From an uncultured Eubacteriales bacterium (GTDB lineage Bacteria; Bacillota; Clostridia; Christensenellales; Aristaeellaceae): a DNA stretch of 64,000 bases. This document shows positions 1 to 9,598 of this stretch, one piece after another; within the stretch, counting starts at the first letter, position 1; each line of letters starts with the position of its first letter. The stretch spans positions 5,684-69,683 of the forward strand of contig CADBTC010000177.1 of assembly GCA_902797445.1 (NCBI GenBank). The letters run 5' to 3'. The notes beneath the pieces were generated by a model, which was given only the letters and a program-made list of their open reading frames with translations, was not told where the DNA came from and ran no database searches. A program made the translations under genes and the position numbers.

Positions 1-21
1 TTACAGGAGGTAGAGCATCCG

Positions 22-942
22 ATGACTGTGAAAGCCCCCTCTCTGGCCGTTTCGAAGGCTCAAAAAGCCCAACGCCGCAGAGAAAACATCGCCGGGTATA
101 TCTTTATGGCCCCGAGCCTGCTGTTCTTCCTCGGGTTTGTCATCTTTCCAATGGGGATGTGCCTGGTTACCAGTTTCTTTAATTATACGATGACGGATTT
201 TTCCTTCATCGGCTTCCAGAACTACGCTGAGCTGATCCACGACAGCATTTTTGTGAACAAGGCCCTGATCAATACGCTGATCATCGTCGTTCTGTCCGTC
301 CCCGTTACCTGTATTTTTTCGCTCTGGGTCGCTTCCCTGATCTATAAAATGCGGGAAGTTCACACTTCTTTCTTCCGCTGCGTGTTCTATCTGCCGGTCG
401 TCACCGGATCCGTGGCGGTCACGGTGGTGTGGAAATGGATTTTCAATAACTATTACGGCATTCTCAATTATCTGCTGAAAAATCTGGGCCTCATTACCAT
501 GAACCAGAACTGGCTGGGCAGCGCCAATACCGCTCTGGGATGCATCATCATGATCCTGCTGACCACCTCCGTCGGTCAGCCCATCGTGCTGTACGTATCC
601 GCCCTGAGCAATGTGGACGGATCCCTGGTGGAAGCCGCCTCCGTGGACGGCGCCACGAACCTGCAGGTCTTCTGGAAGATCAAGTGGCCTCAGATCATGC
701 CTACGACCTTGTATATTCTGGTGATTACCACCATTAATTCTTTCCAGTGCTTCGCGCTGATTCAGCTGCTGACATCCGGCGGCCCCAACAATTCCACGCA
801 GACCATCATGTATTACATCTACTATAACGCGTTCAAGCTGAACCGCTACGGATATGGCAGTGCCATGGGCATCATTCTGGCCATCATCATCGGCATCTTC
901 TCCGCTGTCCAGTTCCGCCTGGCGCGCACAGATAACGGTTAA
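22..942 (+). CDS. carbohydrate ABC transporter permease (CUT1 family, subunit 1)
   Basis: Multiple TM helices, EAA loop (SLVEAASVDGAT), LLTSGGP motif; AGGAGG RBS at 5-10. Confidence 0.93.
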   Translation: MTVKAPSLAVSKAQKAQRRRENIAGYIFMAPSLLFFLGFVIFPMGMCLVTSFFNYTMTDFSFIGFQNYAELIHDSIFVNKALINTLIIVVLSVPVTCIFSLWVASLIYKMREVHTSFFRCVFYLPVVTGSVAVTVVWKWIFNNYYGILNYLLKNLGLITMNQNWLGSANTALGCIIMILLTTSVGQPIVLYVSALSNVDGSLVEAASVDGATNLQVFWKIKWPQIMPTTLYILVITTINSFQCFALIQLLTSGGPNNSTQTIMYYIYYNAFKLNRYGYGSAMGIILAIIIGIFSAVQFRLARTDNG

Positions 943-960
943 GGAAAGGAGGAAAACAGC

Positions 961-1857
961 ATGCAGGCGACAACGACTTCAAATCCGCACCGTAAAATGA
1001 AAGTGCAGCGGGGCGATATCGGCTCGGATCATTCCGTCCAGGCCCTGACCCCTTATAAGGTTATCGGCGTGATTCTGCTGATCATCCTGGCGCTACTGTT
1101 TCTGTTTCCCCTTTACTGGATCATAACTGGCTCCTTCAAAAGCCCGCAGGTGATCAATGCCGCCACGCCGCAGTGGTTCCCGCTGGAGCCCACCATCAGC
1201 AATTATCAACGGCTGTTTGAAAAGCCTGCTATGGCCTGGGTCTGGAACACGGTGTTCATGTGCGTCATGAGCATGATCCTGACCTGTATTACCGCATCCA
1301 TGGGCGGCTATGCACTGGCAAAAAAGCGTTTCACCGGCAATAAGCTGATTTTCAGCATCTTTATCATCGCCATGGCCCTGCCCAAGCAGGTCATTCTGAT
1401 TCCTCTGCTGAAGGAGATGGCCTGGCTGAAAATCCACAACACCCTCTGGGCGGTGATTCTTCCTACGGTTGGCTGGCCCTTCGGCGTCTTTTTGATGAAG
1501 CAGTTTTCAGAAAACGTTCCCAATGAGCTGCTGGAGGCCGCCCGCATTGACGGAGCCGGCGAGACGCGGACATTCCTGGAGATTGTCCTGCCCCTGATTT
1601 CCCCGGGCATCGGCGCTCTGGCCATCTTCACCTTTATCAACGCCTGGAACGATTACTTCCTGCAGCTGATCATGCTCAACGACACCCAGGTGCTGACCAT
1701 CTCTCTGGGCATCGCGAAGCTCCAGAGCGAGCTGAGCACAGACTTCGGCCTGATCATGGCAGGCGCCGCCCTGGGTTCTGTCCCGATTATCATTATTTTC
1801 CTGATCTTCCAGAAGTTCTTTACCCGCGGCATCACCATGGGCGCCGTGAAGGGCTGA
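961..1857 (+). CDS. carbohydrate ABC transporter permease (CUT1 family, subunit 2)
   Basis: ELLEAARIDGA EAA motif, WNDY motif, C-terminal GITMGAVKG; strong RBS. Confidence 0.93.
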   Translation: MQATTTSNPHRKMKVQRGDIGSDHSVQALTPYKVIGVILLIILALLFLFPLYWIITGSFKSPQVINAATPQWFPLEPTISNYQRLFEKPAMAWVWNTVFMCVMSMILTCITASMGGYALAKKRFTGNKLIFSIFIIAMALPKQVILIPLLKEMAWLKIHNTLWAVILPTVGWPFGVFLMKQFSENVPNELLEAARIDGAGETRTFLEIVLPLISPGIGALAIFTFINAWNDYFLQLIMLNDTQVLTISLGIAKLQSELSTDFGLIMAGAALGSVPIIIIFLIFQKFFTRGITMGAVKG

Positions 1858-1893
1858 TCAACAACAGAAAAAAACGAACAGGAGTGAATATCC

Positions 1894-2814
1894 ATGAACG
1901 CGAAACTGGAAAAATACGCCGGCGTGATCCCCGCCTTCTATGCATGCTATGACGAAAAGGGCGAAGTCAGCGGTCCGGCCGTCCGGGCGCTGGCGCGCCA
2001 TCTGGTCAGCAAGGGAGTCAAAGGTCTTTATGTAGGCGGTTCCTCCGGCGAATGCATCTATCTGGAAAAGGAAGAACGGATGCTGACCCTGGAAAACGTC
2101 ATGGCTGAGGTCGGCGGCGAGGTCACCGTCATCGCCCACGTTGCCTGCAATAACACCCGGGAATCCTGCCAGCTGGCTGCTCACGCGGAAAAGCTGGGGG
2201 TAGATGCCATCGCCAGCATCCCTCCGATTTATTTCCGACTGCCTGAGCACGCCATCGCACGCTACTGGAATGACATGTCCGCCGCGGCGCCGAATACGGA
2301 CTTCATTATCTACAACATTCCTCAGCTCGCCGGTGTGGCCCTGACCCCCTCCCTCTTCCGGGAAATGCGGAAGAACCCCCGGGTTGTCGGCGTCAAAAAC
2401 TCCTCCATGCCCACTTACGATCTGGAGATCTGGCGCCGGCTGGGCGGAGACGACGTGGCCGTTTTCAACGGGCCGGATGAACAGTTTGTCGCCGGCAGGG
2501 TCACCGGCGCCAGCGGCGGCATCGGCGGAACATACGCGGTCATGCCGGAGCTTTTCCTGAAGATGGACGCCCTGATCCGGGAAGGCCGCATGACGGAAGC
2601 GGAAGAAATTCAGCATGCCGTCAATGCCATTATTGAACGCATGTGCGCTACCCACGGCAACATGTACGCCACCGCGAAGAAGATGCTGGAGATCAACGCC
2701 GGCCTCCATTGCGGCAGCGTGCGCGCGCCTCTGGCGCCTCTGGCGGAAGCGGATCTGCCCATCGCCGAGGACGCCGCGCGGATGGTACGCGAGGCCATCG
2801 GCCGCTTCTGCTGA
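1894..2814 (+). CDS. nanA: N-acetylneuraminate lyase / DHDPS-family aldolase
   Basis: GLYVGGSSGE, IIYNIPQLAG and GVKNSS (Schiff-base Lys) motifs typical of streptococcal/clostridial NanA; follows sugar ABC permeases. Confidence 0.8.
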   Translation: MNAKLEKYAGVIPAFYACYDEKGEVSGPAVRALARHLVSKGVKGLYVGGSSGECIYLEKEERMLTLENVMAEVGGEVTVIAHVACNNTRESCQLAAHAEKLGVDAIASIPPIYFRLPEHAIARYWNDMSAAAPNTDFIIYNIPQLAGVALTPSLFREMRKNPRVVGVKNSSMPTYDLEIWRRLGGDDVAVFNGPDEQFVAGRVTGASGGIGGTYAVMPELFLKMDALIREGRMTEAEEIQHAVNAIIERMCATHGNMYATAKKMLEINAGLHCGSVRAPLAPLAEADLPIAEDAARMVREAIGRFC

Positions 2815-2859
2815 TCCAGTCCGCAGCGGGCTGGATATCCGCGCGTTCCACCATTTGAT

Positions 2860-2900
2860 AAAAAAAGCCCCGGGAGCTTTTGCCCCCGGGGTCCTTTTTT
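2860..2900. terminator. bidirectional intrinsic terminator
   Basis: A7-gCCCCGGG...CCCGGGG-tcc-T6 between convergent genes. Confidence 0.75.
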
Positions 2901-2925
2901 ATTGTCTTGCCATGTCCAATCCGGA

Positions 2926-3357
2926 TTACAGCTTGGCCACATCCGCATCTGAAATCATATGGAAGCCCGCGCCGGTCAGCACTTCCTCGGCTTTCTGGTT
3001 GTCCGCAACCCGGATCACCAGATAGGCGTGTCTCTCTGTCCTGGCGCAGAAGGCGTACAGGTATTCCAGGTTAATCCCCGCCAGGTCCAGCACCTTCAGA
3101 GCCGCCGCCATCTTCCCGGGAGCATCTCCGATTTTCACGCCCACGACCTCGGTTTCCTTCACGATGTAGCCCTTCCCCTTCAGAACGGAAATGGCCATCC
3201 GGTTGTCGCTTACAATCATCCGCAGAATGCCGAACCGCTCCGTATCCGCAATAGACAGCGCCCGCAGGTTGATCCCCGCGTTGGCCAGCACCTCGGCAAT
3301 GTCTGACAGGGCACCGGGTGTATTATCCACAAAAACGGATAGCTGATTCAATGCCAT
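2926..3357 (-). CDS. tandem ACT-domain protein (amino-acid-binding), paaK/ior-associated
   Basis: QLSVFVDNTPGAL...GINLRALSIADT...FGILRMIV plus a second ACT repeat (GINLEYLYAF). Confidence 0.88.
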   Translation of the reverse strand: MALNQLSVFVDNTPGALSDIAEVLANAGINLRALSIADTERFGILRMIVSDNRMAISVLKGKGYIVKETEVVGVKIGDAPGKMAAALKVLDLAGINLEYLYAFCARTERHAYLVIRVADNQKAEEVLTGAGFHMISDADVAKL

Positions 3358-3527
3358 GTTTTTCGCTCCTTTCCTGTTGCTCCGGAGGTTTCTCCCCCAA
3401 AACGCATCCAGGGAACAGCCCTCCTGATCAATATCGTCCGTTCCGGACGTTATGCTGCTGCTTTATCAATTCGACAGCGGCCCGGAATTTCCTTTTTTCT
3501 TTTCCCCCGGAGAAGAAGAATTCGGAA

Positions 3528-4850
3528 TCAGCCCTTCCACTGGCTGTCGGTCACCAGCTTCCGTTTGTCGATCACCCGCACGGCCTTTCCTTCGCTGCGC
3601 TGGATGGTATGGGGCGCCACCAGATGAACCGCCGGCCCGATGCCCAGCATGGCCCGCATGGCGGCCACCAGCGCCTTCTCCCGCGCTGTAATATTGGATA
3701 CGGTGTCGCTGAAGGTTTCCTCGTCCATCTCCACCAGGATATCGAATGTGTCGTTGTTCTTCTCGCGGTCCACCACGATCTGATAATTCGGGCTGTAGCC
3801 CTCCTTAAGCAGCACGGTTTCGATCTGGCTTGGGAACACATTGACACCCCGGATGATCAGCATGTCGTCGCTGCGGCCCATGGGCTTGGTCATGCGGATG
3901 AATGTCCGGCCGCAGCTGCATTTTTTCCGGCTCAGGATGCAGATGTCCCGCGTCCGGTACCGCAGGAGCGGAAAGGCTTCCTTGTCCAGGCTGGTAAACA
4001 CCAGCTCGCCCTTGCTTCCTTCTGGCAGCACCTCTCCGGTCTCCGGGTCGATAATCTCAGCAATAAAGTGGTCCTCATTGATGTGCATGCCCTGCTGTTC
4101 CTGGCACTCGAATGACACCCCGGGGCCGGAGGTTTCCGTCAGGCCGTAAATATCATAGGCCTTGATCCCCAGGGTCTCCTCGATGGAGCGGCGCATCTCC
4201 TCCGTCCAGGGCTCCGCGCCGAAGATACCCACCTTCAGGGGATTCTCCTCCGGCTTGATTCCCCGCTCCTTCAGGCTCTCGCCGAGGTACGCTGCATAGG
4301 AAGGCGTGCAGCAGAGGATCGTCGCCCCCAGGTCCATCATAAACTGGATCTGGCGGTCCGTGTTCCCGCTGGACATGGGCAGCGTCAGGCATCCCAGCTT
4401 ATGGCTGCCGCCGTTAAGACCGGGGCCTCCTGTGAACAGCCCGTATCCGTAGGATACCTGCACCACGTCCTCGTTGGTGCCGCCCGCCGCCACGATCGCC
4501 CGCGCGCAGCATTCCTCCCACAGATCCACGTCATGCTGGGTATAGAAAGCCACCACGCGCCGGCCGGTGGTACCGCTGGTAGACTGAATGCGTACGCAAT
4601 CCTTCTGGGGCACCGCCAGGAACCCACGGGGATACTCCTCCCGCAGATCGTCCTTGCTGATGAAAGGCAGCTTGTGAAGGTCCTCTATTCCGTGAATATC
4701 TTCAGGTTTGACGCCTTTTTCGTCCATCTTTTTCCGATAAGGCGCACAATGCTCATATACATGCTGAACCTGCTTGACGAGCTTTTCGCTCTGCATCTGC
4801 CGAATCCGGGAAACCGGCATGGTCTCCGCCGGTTCATTGAAATATCTCAT
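3528..4850 (-). CDS. paaK: phenylacetate--CoA ligase family protein (copy 1)
   Basis: STSGTTG P-loop, YGYGLFTGG, DIYGLTE, RYRTRD, GRSDDMLIIRGVNVFPSQIE. Confidence 0.9.
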   Translation of the reverse strand: MRYFNEPAETMPVSRIRQMQSEKLVKQVQHVYEHCAPYRKKMDEKGVKPEDIHGIEDLHKLPFISKDDLREEYPRGFLAVPQKDCVRIQSTSGTTGRRVVAFYTQHDVDLWEECCARAIVAAGGTNEDVVQVSYGYGLFTGGPGLNGGSHKLGCLTLPMSSGNTDRQIQFMMDLGATILCCTPSYAAYLGESLKERGIKPEENPLKVGIFGAEPWTEEMRRSIEETLGIKAYDIYGLTETSGPGVSFECQEQQGMHINEDHFIAEIIDPETGEVLPEGSKGELVFTSLDKEAFPLLRYRTRDICILSRKKCSCGRTFIRMTKPMGRSDDMLIIRGVNVFPSQIETVLLKEGYSPNYQIVVDREKNNDTFDILVEMDEETFSDTVSNITAREKALVAAMRAMLGIGPAVHLVAPHTIQRSEGKAVRVIDKRKLVTDSQWKG

Positions 4851-4965
4851 GATGATATCCTCTCCTTCTTCTTCGGTATGTAGCGCTCATATATGCTTTT
4901 TGTGACATTGAAATGCATTCTGTCCGAAGGCTGAGGCGGAGCCCGGCTCGCAGCTGGGCACGGCC

Positions 4966-5538
4966 TCAGCCATGAAATCCCAAAGAGAATGCCTTCCTGT
5001 TCATCTCCAGGAATTTCGCCGGGACCGTCCGTTCGAGGGCTGCCAGCCATTTCTCCTCCGAGATCCCGCTATGGGCAGCAAAATGCCCCATCAGCACGAT
5101 ATTCACAGCCTTGGCGCTGCCCGCTTCCATGGCAGGGCTCAGGGCATCAAAATCGTCAATATCGAAGCCCTGTTCCTTCAGGGTTTCCAGCACATTCTCC
5201 GGATACACCGCCGCACCGGTAATAACGGGCATGGGATCGATCTGCTGGGTATTGACGATAATCTTCCCGCCCTTCCGAAGGCATCCCGCGTACCGGGCAG
5301 CCTCCAGCTTTTCAAAGCTGATAATATAGTCGCATTCTCCTTCCGTCACGATGGGAGAATAGACTTTATCGCCATAGCGGACATAGGTCACCACGCTGCC
5401 GCCCCGCTGGCTCATGCCGTGAACCTCGCTGACCTTGACGTCATACCCTTCTTCCGTCAGCAGGTTCCCCAGCAGCTTGCTGGCCAGCAGGCTGCCCTGG
5501 CCGCCCACGCCCACGATCATCACGTTCGTCGTCTTCAT
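4966..5538 (-). CDS. iorB: indolepyruvate:ferredoxin oxidoreductase beta subunit (copy 1)
   Basis: GVGGQG and SEVHGMSQRGGSV motifs; start moved to ATG 5538 (GAGGAG RBS, follows iorA stop). Confidence 0.92.
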   Translation of the reverse strand: MKTTNVMIVGVGGQGSLLASKLLGNLLTEEGYDVKVSEVHGMSQRGGSVVTYVRYGDKVYSPIVTEGECDYIISFEKLEAARYAGCLRKGGKIIVNTQQIDPMPVITGAAVYPENVLETLKEQGFDIDDFDALSPAMEAGSAKAVNIVLMGHFAAHSGISEEKWLAALERTVPAKFLEMNRKAFSLGFHG

Positions 5539-5542
5539 TGCC

Positions 5543-7291
5543 TTACTCCTCCCCGATGGCCCCGAAGGGGCACAGCTGCTCGCATACACCGCATCCCACG
5601 CAGAGGGTCCGGTCGATCCGGGCTTTTCCCTCCTTCATGGAGATGGCCGGGCATCCCAGCCCCATGCACCGCTTGCAGGCGCGGCACTTCTCCGCATCCA
5701 CCTTCAGCGGGGCTTTCGGCTTCACATACTTCAGCAGCACACAGGGGCGGCGGGAAATAATGACGCTGGGTTCTGCCACCGCAAGCTCTTCCTTCACGGC
5801 CTGCTCGCATTCCTTCAGGTTGTAGGGATCCACCACCCGAACCCGCTGAATACCCAGGGCTTTGCACAGAGCTTCCAGGTCCACCTTTGCCGCCGGATCC
5901 CCTTTGATATTGTATCCGGTAGTGGGATTCTGCTGATGGCCCGTCATGCCGGTGATGGAGTTATCCAGAATAATGACCGTGGAGTTGGAGGCGTTATAGG
6001 CGATGTTCACCAGCCCCGTCATGCCGGAATGCATGAAGGTGGAGTCTCCGATCACCGCCACGGTCTTTCCTTCCGTCTCCCCTCCGGTGGCCAGGTTAAA
6101 ACCGTGAATGCCGCTGACGCTGGCCCCCATGCACAGGGTTGAATCCAGCGCGTTCAGGGGCGCCACGGCTCCCAACGTATAGCATCCGATGTCTCCCAGC
6201 ACGGTGATGTGGTTCTTTGCCAGCGTATAGAACATTCCCCGGTGAGGACATCCGGCACACATCATGGGCGGCCGGCCCGGAACCTGCGGCGCGGTCCCCT
6301 GAGCCTCCGGGATCTCTCCCACATCCACGCCTTCTTTCCGGAAGGCTTCCCGGATGCTGTGCTGGCTGAATTCCCCTACAGGGCTGAACAGGGCCTTGCC
6401 GACACAGTCAATTCCCAGGGATTTCACATGGTTTTCGATCACGGGATCCAGCTCTTCGATGACGTAGAGCTTCTTGACCTTCGCGGCAAAATCCCGGATC
6501 ATCTTCTCCGGCAGGGGATTGGGCATACCGATCTTCAGGATGGACACCCTGTCGCCGAGCACTTCCTTCACATACAGGTAGGAGCAGCCGCTGGTAATAA
6601 TGCCGATGTCGCTCCCCCGGTCCTCGACCCGGTTGTAGGCGCAGTTCTCCGCCAGCGCCTTCAGCTTCTCCGTCCGCTCCTCAACCAGCGGATGCTTCGC
6701 CTTGGCATAAGCCGGCATCATGATGTATTTGGAGGGCTGCTTCACATAGGCTTTCCGGGGCGCATCCTCCCGCTCGCCCATTTCCACCAGGCACTGGCTG
6801 TGGGCGATGCGGGTGCACATCCGCAGCAGGACAGGCGTATCGTATTCCTCGCTCAGGGCGAAGGCGGACCGGGCAAAGGCATAAGCCTCCGCGCTGTCCG
6901 CGGGCTCCAGCATGGGCACCTTGGAGGCAATGGCATAATGCCGGCTGTCCTGCTCATTCTGGGAGGAATGCATGGCCGGATCGTCCGCCACGCAGATCAC
7001 CATTCCCCCGGTCACCCCGGTATAGCTTAAGGTAAACAGCGGATCCGCCGCCACGTTCAGGCCCACATGCTTCATGGCGCAGGCGGACCGTACGCCCGCC
7101 AGGCTGGCGCCAAAAGCTGTTTCGCAGGCGACCTTCTCGTTGGGCGCCCACTCCGTATGGATATCATCATGTTTGGAAAGAAATTCCGTAATTTCCGTGG
7201 AAGGCGTGCCGGGATATGAGCTGATCACGCTCAATCCGCCATGGTACAGGCCCCAGGCCACGGCCTCGTTCCCAATCAGCAGTTTTTTCAA
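5543..7291 (-). CDS. iorA: indolepyruvate:ferredoxin oxidoreductase alpha subunit (copy 1)
   Basis: YPGTPSTEI, KHVGLNVAADP, CAGCPH, GDIGCY, TPP motif GDSTF..LDN, C-terminal 2x[4Fe-4S] cysteines; TTG start. Confidence 0.93.
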   Translation of the reverse strand: MKKLLIGNEAVAWGLYHGGLSVISSYPGTPSTEITEFLSKHDDIHTEWAPNEKVACETAFGASLAGVRSACAMKHVGLNVAADPLFTLSYTGVTGGMVICVADDPAMHSSQNEQDSRHYAIASKVPMLEPADSAEAYAFARSAFALSEEYDTPVLLRMCTRIAHSQCLVEMGEREDAPRKAYVKQPSKYIMMPAYAKAKHPLVEERTEKLKALAENCAYNRVEDRGSDIGIITSGCSYLYVKEVLGDRVSILKIGMPNPLPEKMIRDFAAKVKKLYVIEELDPVIENHVKSLGIDCVGKALFSPVGEFSQHSIREAFRKEGVDVGEIPEAQGTAPQVPGRPPMMCAGCPHRGMFYTLAKNHITVLGDIGCYTLGAVAPLNALDSTLCMGASVSGIHGFNLATGGETEGKTVAVIGDSTFMHSGMTGLVNIAYNASNSTVIILDNSITGMTGHQQNPTTGYNIKGDPAAKVDLEALCKALGIQRVRVVDPYNLKECEQAVKEELAVAEPSVIISRRPCVLLKYVKPKAPLKVDAEKCRACKRCMGLGCPAISMKEGKARIDRTLCVGCGVCEQLCPFGAIGEE

Positions 7292-7373
7292 TTCCTTACC
7301 ATTCCCTTCTCGGTGCCCGTTTTCCGCATTTTCAGCGTGCCGCGGGCTCCGTCCTTTGCTTCAAACAAAGTGC

Positions 7374-7461
7374 ATTATATGCCTTTTCCCTGTATTTGTC
7401 TTGTCTTTTCCTGTATTTTTACGGATTTTTGTTTGCTTTCCCCTCCTGAAAGGGTTATCAT
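7374..7461. promoter_or_regulatory. divergent sigma-A promoter region (iorA / acyl-CoA ligase)
   Basis: + strand TTGCTT(7433)-17bp-TATCAT(7456); - strand TATAAT at 7374-7379 with a poor -35 (AAGACA). Confidence 0.55.
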
Positions 7462-7503
7462 TTATGAGCACATCTTCTCTATATGGAACGGAGGTTTACT
7501 GAC

Positions 7504-9138
7504 ATGACGATTGTGCATCTGCTGGAGCGGAACGCCCGCGAGTGGCCTGATGATTCTGCTCTTGTTGAGATTAATCCCGATCAGCCGGAAACCCGCAAGG
7601 TAACATGGCATGAGTTTGAGCTGGTGGAGCCCAGCGGCCGGTCCAGGCATTACCGCCGGGAGATTACCTGGGCTGTATTTAACGAGAAAGCCAATCGGGT
7701 CGCCAACATGCTGCAGTCCCATGGCATCGGTCCGGGCAGCAAGGTGGCCATCCTCCTGATGAACTGCATTGACTGGCTGCCGATCTACTTCGGCATCCTG
7801 AAAACCGGCGCCCTCGCGGTTCCCATGAATTTCCGCTATGCCGCCAATGAAATCGAGTACTGCCTGAACCTGTCCGAGAGCAGCATGATGATCTTCGGGC
7901 CGGAATTCATCGGCCGGGTGGAGGAGATTGCGGAATCCATTCCGCAGGTTTCCCTGGTCTATCTGGGCGCCGGCTGCCCCACCTTCGCGGATGATCTGAA
8001 CGAACTGATGAATGAAAGCAGCTCCGCTTTCCCGCCCTGCCAGCTGCAGGAGGATGACGACGCAGCGATTTACTTTTCCTCCGGAACCACCGGCTTCCCC
8101 AAGGCCATCCTGCACAAGCACCGGAGCCTCATCCACTCCGCCCGGGTCGAGCAGGTGCATCATGGTCAGACAAAGGAGGACTGCTTTCTCTGCATCCCGC
8201 CCCTGTATCATACCGGCGCCAAGATGCACTGGTTCGGCAGTCTGATTTCCGGCGGAAGGGCCGTCATCCTGAAAGGGACCCGGCCGGAGACCATCTTTAA
8301 GGCGGTCAGCGAGGAGCACTGTACCATCGTCTGGCTCCTCGTACCCTGGGCCCAGGATATCCTGACGGCTCTGGACAGCGGGGAGCTGCGTATTGCGGAT
8401 TATCAGCTGTCCCAGTGGCGGCTGATGCATATCGGCGCCCAGCCCGTGCCCCAAAGCCTGATTCACCGCTGGCTGAAGTATTTTCCGAATCACCAGTATG
8501 ATACCAACTATGGCCTGAGCGAATCCATCGGTCCCGGCGCGGTGCATCTGGGAGTCGAAAACGTCCATAAGGTCGGCGCCATCGGCATCCCCGGGTACGG
8601 ATGGGAGGTCAAAATCGTCGACGGAAATATGAAGGAGGTTCCTCAGGGCAGCGTGGGTGAGCTGGCTTTGAAGGGGCCCGGCGTCATGGTCTGCTATTAC
8701 AACAATCCCCAGGCCACTGCCGATACGCTGAAAGGAGACTGGCTTCTGACCGGCGATATGGCGCGCATGGACGAGGATGGCTTCATTTACCTGGTTGACC
8801 GGAAGAAGGATGTGGTCATCACCGGCGGAGAGAACCTGTATCCCGTGGAAATCGAGAACTTCATGGCCGCCTTCAAGCCCATCAAGGATGTCGCGGTTAT
8901 TGGCCTTCCGGATCCCCGGCTGGGCGAGATTGCCGCCGCCATCGTGGAGCTGGTTCCCGGGGTGGATTGCACAGAGGCAGACATCAACGAATATTGCCTG
9001 GGTCTCCCTCGCTATAAGCGGCCCCGGAAGATTATTCTGGCGCCCGTTCCCCGCAATGCAACCGGCAAAATTGAAAAGCCCAAGCTGCGCAAAATGTACG
9101 GCGCAGAGGGTCTGGTAGACAGCCAGAACAAGTCCTGA
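7504..9138 (+). CDS. class I adenylate-forming acyl-CoA synthetase (AMP-binding)
   Basis: FSSGTTGFPK, YGLSE, TGD, DRKKD, PRNATGK motifs; GGAGG RBS favours ATG 7504. Confidence 0.9.
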   Translation: MTIVHLLERNAREWPDDSALVEINPDQPETRKVTWHEFELVEPSGRSRHYRREITWAVFNEKANRVANMLQSHGIGPGSKVAILLMNCIDWLPIYFGILKTGALAVPMNFRYAANEIEYCLNLSESSMMIFGPEFIGRVEEIAESIPQVSLVYLGAGCPTFADDLNELMNESSSAFPPCQLQEDDDAAIYFSSGTTGFPKAILHKHRSLIHSARVEQVHHGQTKEDCFLCIPPLYHTGAKMHWFGSLISGGRAVILKGTRPETIFKAVSEEHCTIVWLLVPWAQDILTALDSGELRIADYQLSQWRLMHIGAQPVPQSLIHRWLKYFPNHQYDTNYGLSESIGPGAVHLGVENVHKVGAIGIPGYGWEVKIVDGNMKEVPQGSVGELALKGPGVMVCYYNNPQATADTLKGDWLLTGDMARMDEDGFIYLVDRKKDVVITGGENLYPVEIENFMAAFKPIKDVAVIGLPDPRLGEIAAAIVELVPGVDCTEADINEYCLGLPRYKRPRKIILAPVPRNATGKIEKPKLRKMYGAEGLVDSQNKS

Positions 9139-9226
9139 TGCGTTCAGCAGCGTAATCATGGACCGTAGTTGTCTGTCGCGTTATAAAAAGGAATAATCCC
9201 CGATTGCTGGAGTTGAATCAGCCCCC

Positions 9227-9270
9227 AAAAAAAGAGTTTCCCCGGTGCCGCTGGGCGCCGGGGTTTTGTT
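9227..9270. terminator. probable bidirectional terminator
   Basis: CCCCGGTGCC/GGCGCCGGGG hairpin flanked by A-run and T-rich tail between convergent genes. Confidence 0.6.
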
Positions 9271-9303
9271 CATGATGCACGGGTTCAGGCCGCCTGGCTC
9301 GTA

Positions 9304-9462
9304 TTACTCAGCCAGCTGCTGCTCCGTCGTAACCTCCCAGAAGAGCTTCGTCTCCTCTTCGGAGGCAGAAACGCAGATCTCGGGCTCGTTCGTCCGCCCC
9401 TGCGCTGCCAGTTCATCGCATTCTTCAATGGTTTCTTCCAGCATTTTATTCATTTCGTCCAT
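9304..9462 (-). CDS. small acidic hypothetical protein (52 aa)
   Basis: ORF with purine-rich upstream region, own promoter and terminator. Confidence 0.6.
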   Translation of the reverse strand: MDEMNKMLEETIEECDELAAQGRTNEPEICVSASEEETKLFWEVTTEQQLAE

Positions 9463-9551
9463 TACCGTTTCTCTTTCTCTCCTCTTCATCCGGCGGAACA
9501 TCCGGTGTTTCGTTCCGCGCTCCTTGAACGGGACCCCCGTTCAGTTGCGGT

Positions 9552-9579
9552 ATTATACGCTCTATTGACAGAAAAGCAA
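9552..9579 (-). promoter_or_regulatory. sigma-A promoter for the small ORF
   Basis: TTGCTT-16bp-TATAAT on - strand. Confidence 0.6.
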
Positions 9580-9598
9580 TCGTCCTTTTGTCCCCTTT

